Numbered from the stretch's first letter, positions 14,936 to 31,675 are shown. The stretch: DNA of 64,000 bases from the human T2T-CHM13v2.0 reference genome, Homo sapiens (GCF_009914755.1 NC_060941.1); one strand, 5' to 3'. Numbers and translations are program-made. Notes: generated from the sequence alone by a model not told the origin.

Positions 14936-15526
14936 GGAGAAGATGGAGCTGCTGCGGAGAGGCCACCCTCAGACAGGGCAGGCTTAGCTACTGTGGGTTT
15001 GGACCTGTTTGTTCTCTTCTCAAAGTCAAGACAACGCAGACATTTTGTTGTTGTTGTTCATTCTAATTGCTTGGTCTCAGACCGTCCTGGCAAAGCCAGC
15101 AAGAGGCTTTCTAAAACCTTCCAGCTTCGTGCCCTGGGCATAAGGAGCCTCGCTGAGGGACAGATGATGTCCCAGCACTCCCTCTCTGAGTGGGCTGAAA
15201 TGGCGTGCTCTGGGGGTCCTGGGTGCCGGGACCCTGGGTGGGAAGCAGGGGTGTTCCCTCCACCCGGGACAGCATTTCCCAACTCGCCAAGAAGGATGAT
15301 GGGTGCTTGCTGAGAGGCAGGATGGCATCGTAGGCAGGAGCCCAGATATGGAGCCAAATTGCCGGGTGTAATGAGTTGCTTCTGCATCCATTCTGAATAT
15401 ACATTCTCAGGCCAGAAGCAGGGCACAGTCACCCTCAACCCAGCTTCCAGTTCTCCTCTTCCTCCCAGTTCCTCAAGGCAGTTGATCCAGAGACCTGCCT
15501 TATACCACCATCTCCTGGTGACTACC

Positions 15527-15858
<332 letters not shown>

Positions 15859-16269
15859 TAGCTCAGTGGACTCGGTGTTCAACTGTGAAAGAGAAGAACA
15901 AAATTGAGGAATGTGCACAAAAGGCTGGAAAGAGAGTGTCAAGGTTGTCTAAAAGCTGCAGTGAAATTAGTACTTTCTAGCTTTCAGGGTGAAAAAAATT
16001 CCATGTGACCATGTGACTTTATTGTTCTACTTGGCAGTACATAAAATGGAGACAGGTGATAAAAATAGGTAAGGCTGATTCACACCCACTGTATACACCA
16101 GGACTGTTCTAAGAGCTTTATAAATATTAACTCACTCAATCCTCACAACCACCCTAGGAGCTAGGTACGTCTCTTATGCCCCATTCAGAAAGGAGGAGAC
16201 TGAGGCATAACAGTAGCACCTGGCTCCTAGGGTGGTTGTGAGGATTGAACGAGTTAGTATTTATCAGCT

Positions 16270-16761
16270 AAGCTGGGATAGCTACGTGCAGCCTACTGGA
16301 CTCACCCCACTGATCCCACACCCCACACGGACTGTGCAGTGACCACCCTTCAGTCACAGGGTGACCCCACAGAGCTCGTGATGCTCCAAACCCACCAATG
16401 GGAACTCCCTGTGGGAAACTTGCCGGGTAATTCCCATGACCCCAATAAAGCCTTTGGTCCACAGATCCCTCTCTCCCCTGCCCCCACCCACTGAATGAGC
16501 TCTCTGCTGTCTCTGGACTGCCCATCAGTCCTCCTGGGCATCCAGGAGGTTTATTAGGTATTATTACTCCAGGACCTGTGAGTAATGAACCACTTCAGTG
16601 TCTTCCTGTCTTCCACTGAGCTGCCCCCCACCCATCGCACCTGACCGGCGCCCCCCAACCTAACTCTGCTCCTGGTCACGGTTCTCCTAGAAAGTGGCTC
16701 TCTTGGCCAATGGATACTCTCCAGAGAGAGATCTCAAGGCCAAGTTAGAAGAAAATATGAC
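16270..16761 (+). mobile_element. MER74-family ERVL LTR
   Basis: CCCCAATAAAGCCTTTGG; ends CTCTCCAGAGAGAGATCTCAAGGCCAAGTTAGAAGAAAATATGACA. Confidence 0.55.
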
Positions 16762-16912
16762 AGCAGGGTTTGCATGCTGGCATGCCCACTTCTTACAGTG
16801 CAAGCTCACACAGGGCAGCCTCAGTCTCCTCATCTCTGAGTGGGGCATAAGAGATGTACCTAGCTCCCAGGGTGGTTGTGACGATTCAGTGAGTTAATAT
16901 TTCCAAAGCTCT

Positions 16913-17218
<306 letters not shown>

Positions 17219-17219
17219 C

Positions 17220-17241
17220 TATATATATACGTGTATAATAC

Positions 17242-17312
<71 letters not shown>

Positions 17313-17363
17313 AACACGCATATATATATGTGTGTGTGTATATATATATATATACATATATAT
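17220..17363. repeat. Compound (TA)n(CA)n(TG)n microsatellite
   Basis: Direct reading; lies within the Alu tail. Confidence 0.97.
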
Positions 17364-18076
17364 AAAGCTCTTAGAACAGTCCTGGTGTACACAGTGGGTG
17401 CTGAATAAGCCTCACCTATTATGGTCACCTGCCTCCATTTTATATACTGCCAAGTAGAACAATAAACTCACATGGTCTCATGGAATCTTTTTCACCTTGC
17501 AAGCTAGAAAGTACTAATTTCACTGCAGCTTTTAGACAGTGTTGACACTCTCTTCCCAGCCTTTTGTGTGCATTCCTTAATTTTGTTCTTCTCTTTCACA
17601 GTTGAACACCCAGTCCACTGAGCTAAACCAGTGAGCACGTTATTGTTGCTAAAGAGTTGCTAATTGTGACAAGATTACTGATTTCCCAGCTTGTCTGCAT
17701 TGTGTGAAGTGTATGGGACTCTGGAGCCCTCCTTCCACGCCTCCTCCTGCCGAGGTAACTGGGAAAATGAGCCCAGTGAGAAACTTCTTCCTCCTGTTAA
17801 GCTTCATGGGTGGTGGGTACCTGGCTTTCTAAACACCATTCGTCTTTTCCATTATCTTTTATCTCGTCCTCTTGTTCTCTCCTCCCGGCTCCTTTCAGAA
17901 ATTCCTCCTGGGCCTGCCCAAGCTCTCCCCTGCAAATGCAGAGAGATTTCCCCTAGCCCCAGATGTTAACTGCCCTGAAGTCTTCCCTGTGTGTATCAAT
18001 GGTTGGTTCAGAAATTCTCATCTTGCATGCATCTTTGTGTGTTTGTTGATGAGAAAATCTTGTTAAAATAAAAATG

Positions 18077-18371
<295 letters not shown>

Positions 18372-18609
18372 GTATTCATTGATAAGGACAACTGTGAATT
18401 CCTTTCAATAGATGGGTTTACTTCATTTGTTTTCATCCCTGATGGCAACACCCCCATCCAACAGGAAAAAAGAAACCAACTCATCATTGGCATCCCTCTT
18501 CTCTGCTTTAGTTTTTCCTTAGGATGCACCGCCCTCTAAAGTATTGTTTAATTTACTTATTTATTATGTTAATTTATTGTCTGTATCCCTCATTAAAAGC
18601 AAAGTTCCA

Positions 18610-19326
18610 GATACTTTTCAAAAGAAGACGTACGTGTGGCCAACAAGCATATGAAAAAAAGCTCAACATCACTGATCATTAGAGAGAAACGCAAATCAAA
18701 ACCACAACGAGGTACCATCTCACACCAGTCAGAATGGCTGTTATTGAAAAGTCAAAAAACAACAGGTGCTGGTGAGGTTGTGGAGAAAGGGGAACACTTA
18801 TACCCTGTTGGTGGGAATGTAAATGAGTTCAGTCATTACGGAAAGCCGCATGGCAATTCCTCGAAGAGCTAAAAACAGAACTACCATTCAACCTAGCAAT
18901 CCCGTTACTGGGTATATATCCAAAGGAATATACATTGTTCTACCGTAAAGACACATACACGCATATGTCCATTGCAGCACTATTCACAATAGCAAAGACA
19001 TGGAATCAACCACAGTGCTCATCAGTGGTAGACTGGATAAAGAACATGTGTTACATATACACTATGGAATACTATGCAGCCATAAAAAAGAATGAGATCA
19101 TGTTCCTTGCAGAAACATGGGTGGAGCTGGAGGCCATTATCCTTAGCAAACTAACTCAGGAACAGAAAAGCAAACGCTGCACATTTTCACTTATAAGTGG
19201 GAGCTAAATGAGGGCACATGGACACAAAGAGGGGGACAACAGACACTGCAGCCTACTTGAAGGTGGTGGGTGGAAGGAGAGAGAGGCTTAGAAAAAGTAA
19301 CTATTGGGTACTAGGTTTAGTTCCAT
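18610..19326 (+). mobile_element. L1PA/L1PB 3' end (ORF2 C-terminus plus 3'UTR)
   Basis: Translations [16 protein letters not shown] and IAALFTIAKTWNQP...YTMEYYAAIKKNEIM. Confidence 0.93.
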
Positions 19327-19749
19327 GGGCTACAACAGCGCTCAGCATACAGTGCTCAGGAAATACTCATGGAACCCCTCAGTTAATCATCCAGGGTGCC
19401 TGGCCTGTGCTCCAGGGACAGTCCGGGAACTGACTGTTCTGGGCCTCGTTGAGTGTGGAAATTGAGAGCGAGCGGGTAGAAACGCTGACAGCCACTTCAC
19501 TTTGCCATGTCGTCTAAGTGCTTCATCATTTTTCTGGTAGTTCATCTTTATCGTGGTTTACAAAAGTGTGGGTCCCACGATGGACTGGAAATTAAAACAA
19601 AATAAAAATGTGTCCTTACCAGATAGTTAGAGAAGTACCAGGCCAGCAAACAAAAAAAAAGTCGAAAGAACTGGGACACAGGAAAACTACGCTTCTAAGA
19701 TTTCCAAGCCAAGAACATTGGAGAGTGCAGATGCTGTGTGTGGCCAGGC

Positions 19750-20183
19750 AGCGTTCAGCCACAAAGAAACCCCAGGCAGAAGGGCCAGGGGGGATGGGGG
19801 CCAAGGCCTTCTTGGAATCTGCCCCATCCTCATGCCCCTGCACGCACTTGCCTGGGGGAATGCGGACAGTCACCAAACTGTGTCCCCGGGAAGGGTGCCT
19901 GCCACACCACCCCCTGCCCTTTGTGAACGGGGCATCTCTCTACCACTGGCCAAAGCTGCTGGCTTCAGATGGAATTTTTTTCTTCTATGGGGAAACCTCA
20001 GCCAGCAGCTTCAGCTCGTGCCCAGGAGTTCCAGGCTGCTCTTCCTGATGGCCAGGCCCATGAATTCTGATGTGTCTAGCCAGCTCCTACAGCCACAGAA
20101 GCCAGTTTCCTGCAATAAATCCACATATATATATCCTATGTCTCCTGCTGGTTCTGTTTCTCTGGTTAAATCTTGACAGATAC
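19750..20183 (+). mobile_element. MLT2-type ERVL LTR
   Basis: 3' end AATAAATCC...CTGGTTCTGTTTCTCTGG...GATACA; 5' boundary uncertain. Confidence 0.55.
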
Positions 20184-20546
20184 AGATTGTGTTAGTAACG
20201 TGGGCCAATTTTTGACATGGTCAGACTACCAGAAACCCATCGAAATCTCAAACTTCTGTTTATCCAAATACAGCTGCCAACAGAACTCTCACAGAGTGGC
20301 ATAAGAAGCTCCATTTCCTATTTTCTGAATCCTTGGCGGTTGAGCATAGTCCTCTGTGTGTACCCAGAACATGTCTTCTGCTGGTCCTCGGCAGCCGACA
20401 GCCAAAGATAGGTCCAGAGCCTGGCGAAGTTGATGCCAGTAACAGCATCCGGGCCTGCGTGTGGGCTGGGGACCCTGCAAAGGACCAGAACCTACGTCTC
20501 GGCATCTTTGTGAAAAGGGATGCCAAGACACAAGAAAAAAGGAAAG

Positions 20547-20757
<211 letters not shown>

Positions 20758-21159
20758 TCATGGCCTTTCTCTTCCTCTTAAGACAAATGCCCTTTTCTTC
20801 ACATTAACAATGAAGAGACCAACGTGGCAAGCTGGAGAGAAGACGCAACACATCCCAGCACCAGCCGGGCCATGCAGGAAAGCCTGGGACAGGACCACGG
20901 CCATCAACTCAGCTCTCAAACCTGCCTACTACAGGCTAGCTCAGTGTGCCCGGAAAGGGACCTCATCACTCTGTGCCTCGGTGTCCTTGTCTGTGAAATA
21001 AGTTGGCCGGATTATCTCCAAGCTCCTCCTCCGGTATCCTGTGGTTGAATCCATGAGACACCAAACTCTGCAGCACGCAACAGCCTTCCAGCGTGGACAC
21101 CTGTGCTGTCATCATGGGAGCCTTACTCCAGTTGTGTTGTGCTCTCCTCTTGAATTGTT

Positions 21160-21430
21160 TGTTTTTGTTTGGGTTTATTTATTTATTTATTTATTTGAGA
21201 TGGAGTTTTGCTCTTGTTGCCCAGGCTGGAGTGCAATGGTGCGACTCAGTCTTCCGAGTAGCTAGGATTACAGGCGTGCGCCACCATGCCTGGCTAATTT
21301 TCGTATTTTTGGTAGAGACAGGGTTTCACCATGTTGGCTAGACTGGTCTCGAACTCCTGACCTCAGGTGATCTACCCGCCTCGGCCTCCCAAAGTGCTGA
21401 GATTATAGGCGTGAGCCACCACATCCAGCC
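21160..21430 (-). mobile_element. Alu with internal deletion
   Basis: TSD CTCCTCT(T/G)GAATTGTT; part of the right arm is missing at about 21245. Confidence 0.93.
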
Positions 21431-23136
21431 TCCTCTGGAATTGTTGGACAAGCTTTGAGGACCTGTGAGTCTCTAGCCCATGACTGACCTGTGCCCATCT
21501 TCTTGCTGACATCTGGCCGGGTTATGAATGCCACCTCTAGACATGAGCCGAATGAGTTTAACTCACCCAGAGCTCCCTGCTCCCTGCAAGAGTTGTCAAG
21601 TTTCCGCTTTCACCCACCTGATGCTGCCTGTCAAACTCGAGCCCCCTTCCACGGGCTTTCCCTGGGTTTGTCTAACTCACATGCAACCTCAGTACCTGGC
21701 ACTTTACCTCTATCTTTGCCCGGGAAACACTGGGAAATGTTTGCCCCATCAGAAGTCTTGGGAAAAAGCTGTCGATGGCCAGTAGGGTTTCTTTGACATG
21801 GAAATCAATTGCATGCTGAGAACAGGGAAACAGCTTTTTAAAAACCAGCATGGTGCTCTTCCGGCACCCAAAGTCCACATAGGGCAACGATTCAATTATC
21901 TACGTGTGGTAGGAGGTGTCTGAGGCCATGCTCTTCACCCAGCCTTTTTTATTAACTTGAGAACCTGCTTCTGCCTCTCACACAATTTACGAAAACAACA
22001 GCCATGCCAGCGACCAAGAGTTGGGTCATTCAAGTTACACCAAGGAACCTTAAAATGGATGGAGCTGTCCATTTGCTTTGAATGTGCACAGATATTTGAC
22101 ATAAACCATGCAATGCCGAGGAAATCTTCAGCTTTCCAAACATAAGGAACGAGACTCCAGGGGCAGGAATAAGAGTGTGAGCATGTGCACCCTCCACGGG
22201 GAGCTGGCTGGGTCCTTCCACTGGAAGACGTTGGAAAATGATGGAAACCAAATGCCCTAGGGACCTCTTGAAAACCAAAACAAAGCTAAAATGGGATGGG
22301 AGGGCAGAACTTTCCCTTACAGACGGAGCTGGATCTTGTCACAGAGCCTGGAGACAGTTCCCAGTTTATATTTCCATGTGTGAGTCACTCTCAGGGGCAG
22401 AAAAACGCAGGTGTTGATTAAACTAGGGCTGAAAGAATGGCAAACACAGCCCACTCTGGGGCCCAAAGCATAAAAGCGGACTCTTCCAGCTGCAGAGGGT
22501 CATGCTTCTTTGCGTGAAGGGATCCAGGGGAAAAACTCAAACCAAGATCTGGAATTGTCATTTCTGCTCTGTGGCTTTACCCGGATTGGTCTATTCACTT
22601 CACACCTCTAGGAGCCTTCTCCGTGCAACTATTTCTAATCTTTGAGGAGGACTCCTCTGAGTCTCCCAAACTCCCACCACTTCACTGGGGAGGGAAGCGA
22701 TGATGGGGAAAACTGGAGCAGAAACACCTGTGGCTGTTCTGTGGCAGCCCGGGTGGAGGAGGGACCTCTGGGTTTGGCAATGGTGAGTTTACCTGCGACA
22801 CCGCGAACGTGGCAGGCCACGATGGCAGCTGGTGGCATCAGGATTTTCACTCTTCTTCAAGAGCAAAATCCGAGTTTTTTGGCCAGCTCTGGATCGCTCA
22901 CCATGGGATTTAAAGGAAGCTGAGCAGCGAACACGGGTGACTCCTAACGTGGCTTCTCAGGCATCTGTGGTTGAGCTTTGTGTGCCAGTGCCTGCCACAA
23001 GCCAGGTGCTGGGCAGGAGCCTTCTCCGTGCGACTATTTCTAATCTTCCAACCACCCACCAAAGAGGCATGGCGATCCCCATTTAAGGAGGCGCTGGTAA
23101 TCCTCATTTTAGGGGAGGCGCTGGTGATCCCCATTT

Positions 23137-23310
23137 ATTTTTTTTTTTGAGTCGGAGACTCATGCTGTTACCCAGGCTGGAGTGCAGTGGCACGACCTTA
23201 GCTCAACCTCCCGGGTTGGTAGCTTGAACCTCCACCTCCCGGGTTCAAGCAACTCTTGTGCCTCAGCCTCCTGAGTAGCTGGGATTACAGGCGCCCACCA
23301 CCACGCCCAG
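23137..23310 (-). mobile_element. Alu right arm
   Basis: Antisense right monomer with small internal duplication ACCTCCCGGGTT. Confidence 0.9.
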
Positions 23311-23495
23311 CAGCCTTCCTTTATATTAGGAAAAAAACTGTTATAAATGGGAAAAAATATCCCAGTGACAATAGCTACAAAGACAATAAAACGCGGGAAA
23401 TAAACAATAGTGCATCCATGCTTTGGAACATTACACAATCTTGCAGATGCGTGCATTAGGCCATTATCTATTGTCCCAGAGACACACATAATTAG

Positions 23496-23835
<340 letters not shown>

Positions 23836-24589
23836 TAAGATAGTTTTGATGATTGTCAAGATTTTCAAGCAAGGCTAGGCCCAAAACTACGGAGAAACCC
23901 TCAATCCATCTGGTCTCCATTTGCATGTAGGACTGAGAGATCTCAGTAACCAGCACCTTTCCTCTCCTGGATCAGGCAAAGAATCGCACGTGCCAGCCAC
24001 ATCCTCCATATGGCTTTCTCAGGCTCTGTTCTGCAATTAGAAGATAATCACATGCAAATACCTCTTGCAGGGTGTCACGAGAAAGGAAACCGTTCCTCCT
24101 CTGGAGAACGTGCCCATCTTGCGTCACACGCAAAAAAGATGTCTTTGAGTCTCATAACCTTTAGAGAGTACATTTCACAACGTCACGACGTACCCTTGCC
24201 TGATGCGTTGATATCGTCTTTTCTGTGTGTGTCAAGAATCTGTACAAAGCATGAATTATGTATTTGGTGGTTTAGGCTAAGCAGCCTCTGAAAGCCAGAC
24301 CGGGTCATCGCTGGGATCTCTCCATCGTGCTCAGCAAGCTGGAGATGGAATCCCCATTGATGAAAGTCAGATAACCTCATTAGCGGGCCCCACCTAATTT
24401 CCTTTTTTTGATAGCACTTTTGAAGGTGCAGTGACTAGATTTCAGGGAGGCTTTTAATCAAATGAGAAACATGGGCTGAAAAATAACGTATCCTGGAGGA
24501 ATTGTAGCCAGGTGAACAACCACAATGAGGGGCTCTTGTCAGCCATGCAGGTTGCTGGCAGTGGCTTCTGTGTGACGTGGCTGGGACTC

Positions 24590-24947
24590 TGATATGGTCT
24601 GGCTGTGTCCCCACCCAAATCTTGTCTTGAATTGTAGCTCCCATAATTCCCACATGTTGCGGGAGGGACCTGGTGGGAGATCACTGAATTGTGGGGGCGA
24701 TTTGCCCCATACTGTTCTCATGGTAGTAAATAAGTCTCAAGAGATCTGATGATTTGACAAGGGGTTTCCCCTTTCTCTTGGCTCTCATTCTCTCTTGTCT
24801 TCCACCATGTAAGACGTGCCCTTCACCTTCCGCCAAGATTATGGGCCCTCCCCAGCCACATGGAACTGTGAGTCCATCAAGCCTCTTTTTCTTTATAAAT
24901 TACTCAGTCTCGGGTATGTCTTTATCAGCAGCATGAGAACCAATACA
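24590..24947 (+). mobile_element. THE1 (THE1B-like) MaLR solo LTR
   Basis: TGATATGGTCTGGCTGTGTCCCCACCCAAATC...AATACA; 5-bp TSD GACTC/GATTC. Confidence 0.92.
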
Positions 24948-25219
24948 GATTCCACATTCTGAGTCTCGTGTGGTTGAGGTTCTCGCTACTGGAGAAGGGA
25001 GGACAACGTGCCCCCTTGATATGGTTTGGATCTCTGTTCGCACCAAATCTCATGTCAAACTGTAATCCCTGGGGTTTGAGGTGGGGCCTGGTGGGAGGTA
25101 TTTGGAGGTGACTGGGGCCAGAGTTCTCATGAATGGGTTAGCACCATCCCCCTGGGTGCTGTTCTCCCGATAGTGAGTGAGTTCTCGTGAGATCTGGTTG
25201 TTCAAAAGTGTGTAGCACT

Positions 25220-26208
<989 letters not shown>

Positions 26209-26608
26209 TAAACCACACGCTGTGTCCCATGAGCCCTTCCGGTCCATCACTGAGTGTGTGGCTGGCCTTGGGGAGCCCCCACCCCAAACCACCTGCTGTA
26301 GGAGGAAATCGCATACACGTCCAAAGGACCATAAGGTCTGGCTCATGTGCAAGAACCAGGAGCGCATGTGGGGAGCGGGTCTTGAGGGTGTGGGACCAGC
26401 GGTCGGGAGAGAAGGCTCAGTCGGGGAGAATTTACCAGCATGCAATCACGGTCCTGTGATCTGAGGTGGAGTGGCCTGAGGCCCTGAAACCTTCTTCCTA
26501 CACTGCCTGGGTGGCTCCTGGAGGCTTTCATATTATGAAGACCTACAGTAAATTAGGAGAGGCTGGAACTGCCTTGGCAAAGCATTGAGGTAGGGGTCAG
26601 AAGGCCCC

Positions 26609-26742
26609 GGAAGGGGCAAAACCGGACGACTTCGCCAAGTCCAGGGAAAGGCAAGCCGGATGATTTTGCCATGTCCAGGGAAGGGGAAGCCAGACGACTT
26701 CTCCACGTCCAGAGAAGGAGAAGCCAGACGACTTCGCCAAGT
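26609..26742. repeat. Minisatellite, ~34-bp unit x4
   Basis: Consensus GGAAGGGGAAGCCAGACGACTTCGCCAAGTCCAG. Confidence 0.9.
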
Positions 26743-27067
26743 GAGATTTGAGAACGCAGCCCTGACCATTGTCCCTAAGAAGGTCCAGAGGACCCCTCTG
26801 GCTGAAGCATTAGAGGGGCACTGGTGCATCTGGGGTGCTCGAGGGATACTGTCCTCCACAGCCTCCTGAGTGTCAACAGAGATGACAAGACTACAGGGTG
26901 GAGAGGGCAGGGGGTGGCCCTGCACTGCCAGTGGCTAAGGGGGCATGATTATTATAATGACAGAAAGGCCCAGTGCCCTTTGGGATGAGCATGGTGACTT
27001 AATCTGTATCCCTAAAAGGGAAATACAGAGCTGGTGAACCAAAGGCTGGTATCAGCCACCGCAATGA

Positions 27068-27340
<273 letters not shown>

Positions 27341-28616
27341 TAAAGGAACCTACGGACATGTGTCAGAGTATACGCTGGGAAAAGGGAGGATGCAGACATT
27401 TCAGGGCTGTTGGATCCACGGTCTCAGTTGACACTGACACCAAGAGGCCTCAAATGCTGCCGATTCTTGCCAGCTAGGGGGCTCTGTGATGGGCCAGAAG
27501 TAACGGGAGGGCAGAGCGGGTCTGAGCGGCGCATGGGTTGGACTGTACTGGGAGCCCCTTCCCCTCCTTCATGTCCTCTGGGTCCAGCAACAAGCTTCGT
27601 GTCATGGTAGCTGACGGTGCTTTGCCTCCCCCACTCTGTGTCCCCGCAGTAGGACTTCTCCGAAGACACGGGGAGGGGCAGCTTGTGCAGGCACAGGCCT
27701 AGAAGTTCAAGGGCATTGATCCCAACTTGAAGACATTACAAAAACGGGTGAGAAATGTCTCGGTGTGCACACCCTAACACGTCAGCCTGAAGATGGGCTG
27801 TGAAAGGTGAATAAAACACAGCTTCCGGTGCACAGAAATCGAGTCAGCTGTTAACTTCAGGTTTTGTTTGCTTATATCTTATTTTATTTGCTATTTTAAG
27901 GTATTTCTGGAGAAGACCTAAAGGACAGGGAACTACTGTCTTGCAATCCTAAGGAGAAACTCCAGAAGCCAGAGCTGGCTTGCAGCTTAGAAGAAAACTT
28001 TCCTCCCATGGAATTGTGTCCCTTGGCAGTCCTCATAACGCCCAGGAATGACAAAAATCTCAGAATGACATCTTGCTGGAAAGGATGCAGCGAATGTGGC
28101 CTAGAAATATAAATTCACATTACAGATGATTTCAGAACCCTGGCTTAGGCCTGAAAAGGACCCATGAGGCCTGATGGGGGCAGGCCTAGGGGCTTTGTCA
28201 ACAGGACAGTGTCCTAATTTTCTAGGCCATCTTTATGAAGTCTCCAGCTGTCAGTCCACATGGCCCGCTGTGTCCCTACAAAGCTATGAGAGACAACAGG
28301 ACTAATCCGCCAGCCCTCTTCTTTGGTGCCATGGCAGGAAGCCACACTCACCAGCAAAGCTGACCCCAATCTGAACCTGCAGACATGCAGCTCCCGGGCA
28401 CACACCCACACAAATGTCCCTGGGATCAGATCGCTGTGCAAAGACAGCATAGCCCACACCATCTTGTTGGCAAATGAGAATGTAGATGAGAGGGCCACAC
28501 AACCTGGCTGACTGTGTTGGATGATATCGGAGACGGTGGGCAAAGCCAGCCTGCTGGGCTGCCCCATCTGCCTTGCCCAGGGCAGGAAGAGGTTTTTCAG
28601 ACTTTGCCCATGAGTA

Positions 28617-29317
28617 TGTTACCAGCAGCAAATCTGCACGGGTCAGCAGCAACTCCATCCTTGCCTCCTCAGTGGAAAGAATCTGGAGCAGAAGTAGGTT
28701 TAAGGTAGAGGGAGAGATTGAGGCACGTTTTAGAACAGGAGTGAGGGTTTATGAAAAAGTTTTAGAGCAGGAGTGAAAGGAAGTTAAAGTATACTTGGAA
28801 GAGGGCTGAGTGCGCCACGTGAGAGATCCAAGTGACCGCTCAGCCCTGGGCGTGGGGTTTATCCGTTGGCACGGCTCTGGAGTTTTCTCTTCTCCTCCCT
28901 CGGTTCTTCCCTTGGGGCGGGCTGTTGCTCAACAGCCCCATGCAGCAGTGTTGGTCAGCACTCAGGAGGGTAATTGCATGTGTAGTGAGTTGACTGAGGT
29001 TGTGCGCATGCTCTCTAGGGGCGGTTTTCCTTTACTGGTTGAATGCCCCCAGAGGAAGTTCATACATCCGCCATTTTGCCTCTTAGTGCGCACGCTTGAG
29101 CCCACTCGCCCAACTCGAGAGCTTATCGGGAAGCTGCTGATCACCAGTTTCAGGTGTTTTTTTATTTATTGGGAGACCATCTTCCCCTGGTGTGAGCTGC
29201 AACCAATGATCATTTCAGAGAGACAGTTTAACAACTGCCTGACCATCACCTGATGGTCACCTGACATTCCTGGGCTGGTGGGCGCCACTCATGTCTGCCT
29301 AACTTCCTCCTCTAACA
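28617..29317 (-). mobile_element. MER50 ERV1 solo LTR
   Basis: Reverse complement TGTTAGAG..GTTAGGCAGACATGAG...CATCAGGTGATGGTCAGGCAGTTGTTAAAC; TG...CA termini; near-TSD AGTA/AGCA. Confidence 0.85.
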
Positions 29318-30933
29318 AGCAGAGCCATGGAATGAAGACAGGCAGCTCAGGCAGGGTCGGCCAGCCTGCACCCAGGGCTTCCAAGGCATCTTCTATTCCA
29401 GGGAGGCAGCGTTCTCCCCAACCTCCGCCAAGCCAGCATCCAGGGATGTCACCTCAATAAAGGAGGCCTCCCAGCCTGCACTAGGCACCTCCAGCTCCTT
29501 TCTGTAGGCCCCAGGAGCCTGTGACATAGAGCAAAATGTCACAGTCATTGAAGGCTCTGTGTGCAAGTAACAAGTCTCCCATTCAGAGAACTGCTCCCTC
29601 ATCAAGCTCTCCTGGCAGCCCCCACCAGCATGCTCTCTTCCCGTTTAACCCCAGCAGCCCCGCAACTCATGCTTCCAGTCTGGTCCTAGCTCATCTCCAG
29701 AGCAGCGATCAATATCCATAAAGAGCTCCCTACTTGGAGTGCTGGGCCAGCTCTTTGCCCAGGGAGGGAGTGGAAGTCTAGGTTGATCATAAAGAAGTCA
29801 ACCCACCCTGAAGTCACCATAAACCTAACAGGGGCCTTCCTTAAGGTATCCGTGACTATTTTACATATGCCTTGAGTTTTATAGTAGAAAACAATCAGGT
29901 GGGCTAAAGAGTGTGTGCAGGCTCATGTGCATCCAGCTCTGGTTGGTTGGAACTATCATGCCCACCCCAGTGAATCCACTGGACCACTTCGTTGCCTGAC
30001 AGCCAGTGACGTATTTGGTCACGTGCAGCCACGTTGCCTTTAGGTGGCAGTGCCACTGGAGAGCTCCTCACATCTCCCTGTCTCCCCCAGCAGTGCAAGG
30101 GTGTGCAGGGATTCAAGTATTTAATTATTAAATTAAATCAAAGCCTTGAGGACTGTGTGTTTTATTGGGGGAAAAGGCTCAAACCAAACTTCAATAATAT
30201 TGTTAAAGTTTTCAGCAGGATTTTGTCAGAAAAGTGAAGTATGAGAAATATGGTAACGTTTAGCCTTGTGGGAATAAAATCACTTGAGAAATACGCCTGT
30301 GCATCAAAGGGCATTATCAAGACAGTGAAAAGGCTACCCACAGAGTTGGAGAAAACGTTTGCAAATCATCTCTCTGATAAGGATCTAGCATCTGGAATAT
30401 AAAGGAATTCTTACAAGTCAATAGCAAAGACGAACAACCCAATTTTAAAATGATCGAAGGACCTAATAGATATTTCTCCAAAGGAGATCTATAAATGGCC
30501 AATAAGCACATGAAAAGATGTTCAACATCACCAGTCATTAAGAAAATGCAAATCAGAACAACAATGAGATACCACTTTACAACCTCTAGGGTAACTACAA
30601 TTTAAAAAAAGAAAACTGAAAATAACAAGAGTTGGTGAGGATGTGGAGAAATTAGGACGCTCATACATTGCTGGTGGGAATGAAAAATGGTGCAGCTGCT
30701 ATGAAAAACAGTTTGGTTGTTCCTTAAAAAGTTAAACATAGAATTACCGTATGACCCAGCAATTCCGCTCCTAGGTATACACCCAAAAGAACTGAAAACT
30801 GGTACTCAAAAACTGGTACACATATACTCATAGCATCATTATTTATAGTCACTAAAAGATGGAAGCAACCCAGGTGTCCATCAACAGACGGATGGATAAA
30901 CAAAGTGTGGTCTATTCATACACATGAACATTA

Positions 30934-31675
<742 letters not shown>

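Noticed and set aside
18636-19207. ORFs with real protein similarity (also 9303-9674 and 30317-30538)
   Set aside because: They derive from frameshifted, truncated L1 ORF2 remnants (sense or antisense), not host genes.
26609-26742. CRISPR-like ~34-bp repeats
   Set aside because: The units are contiguous without unique spacers, in primate DNA with no cas genes.
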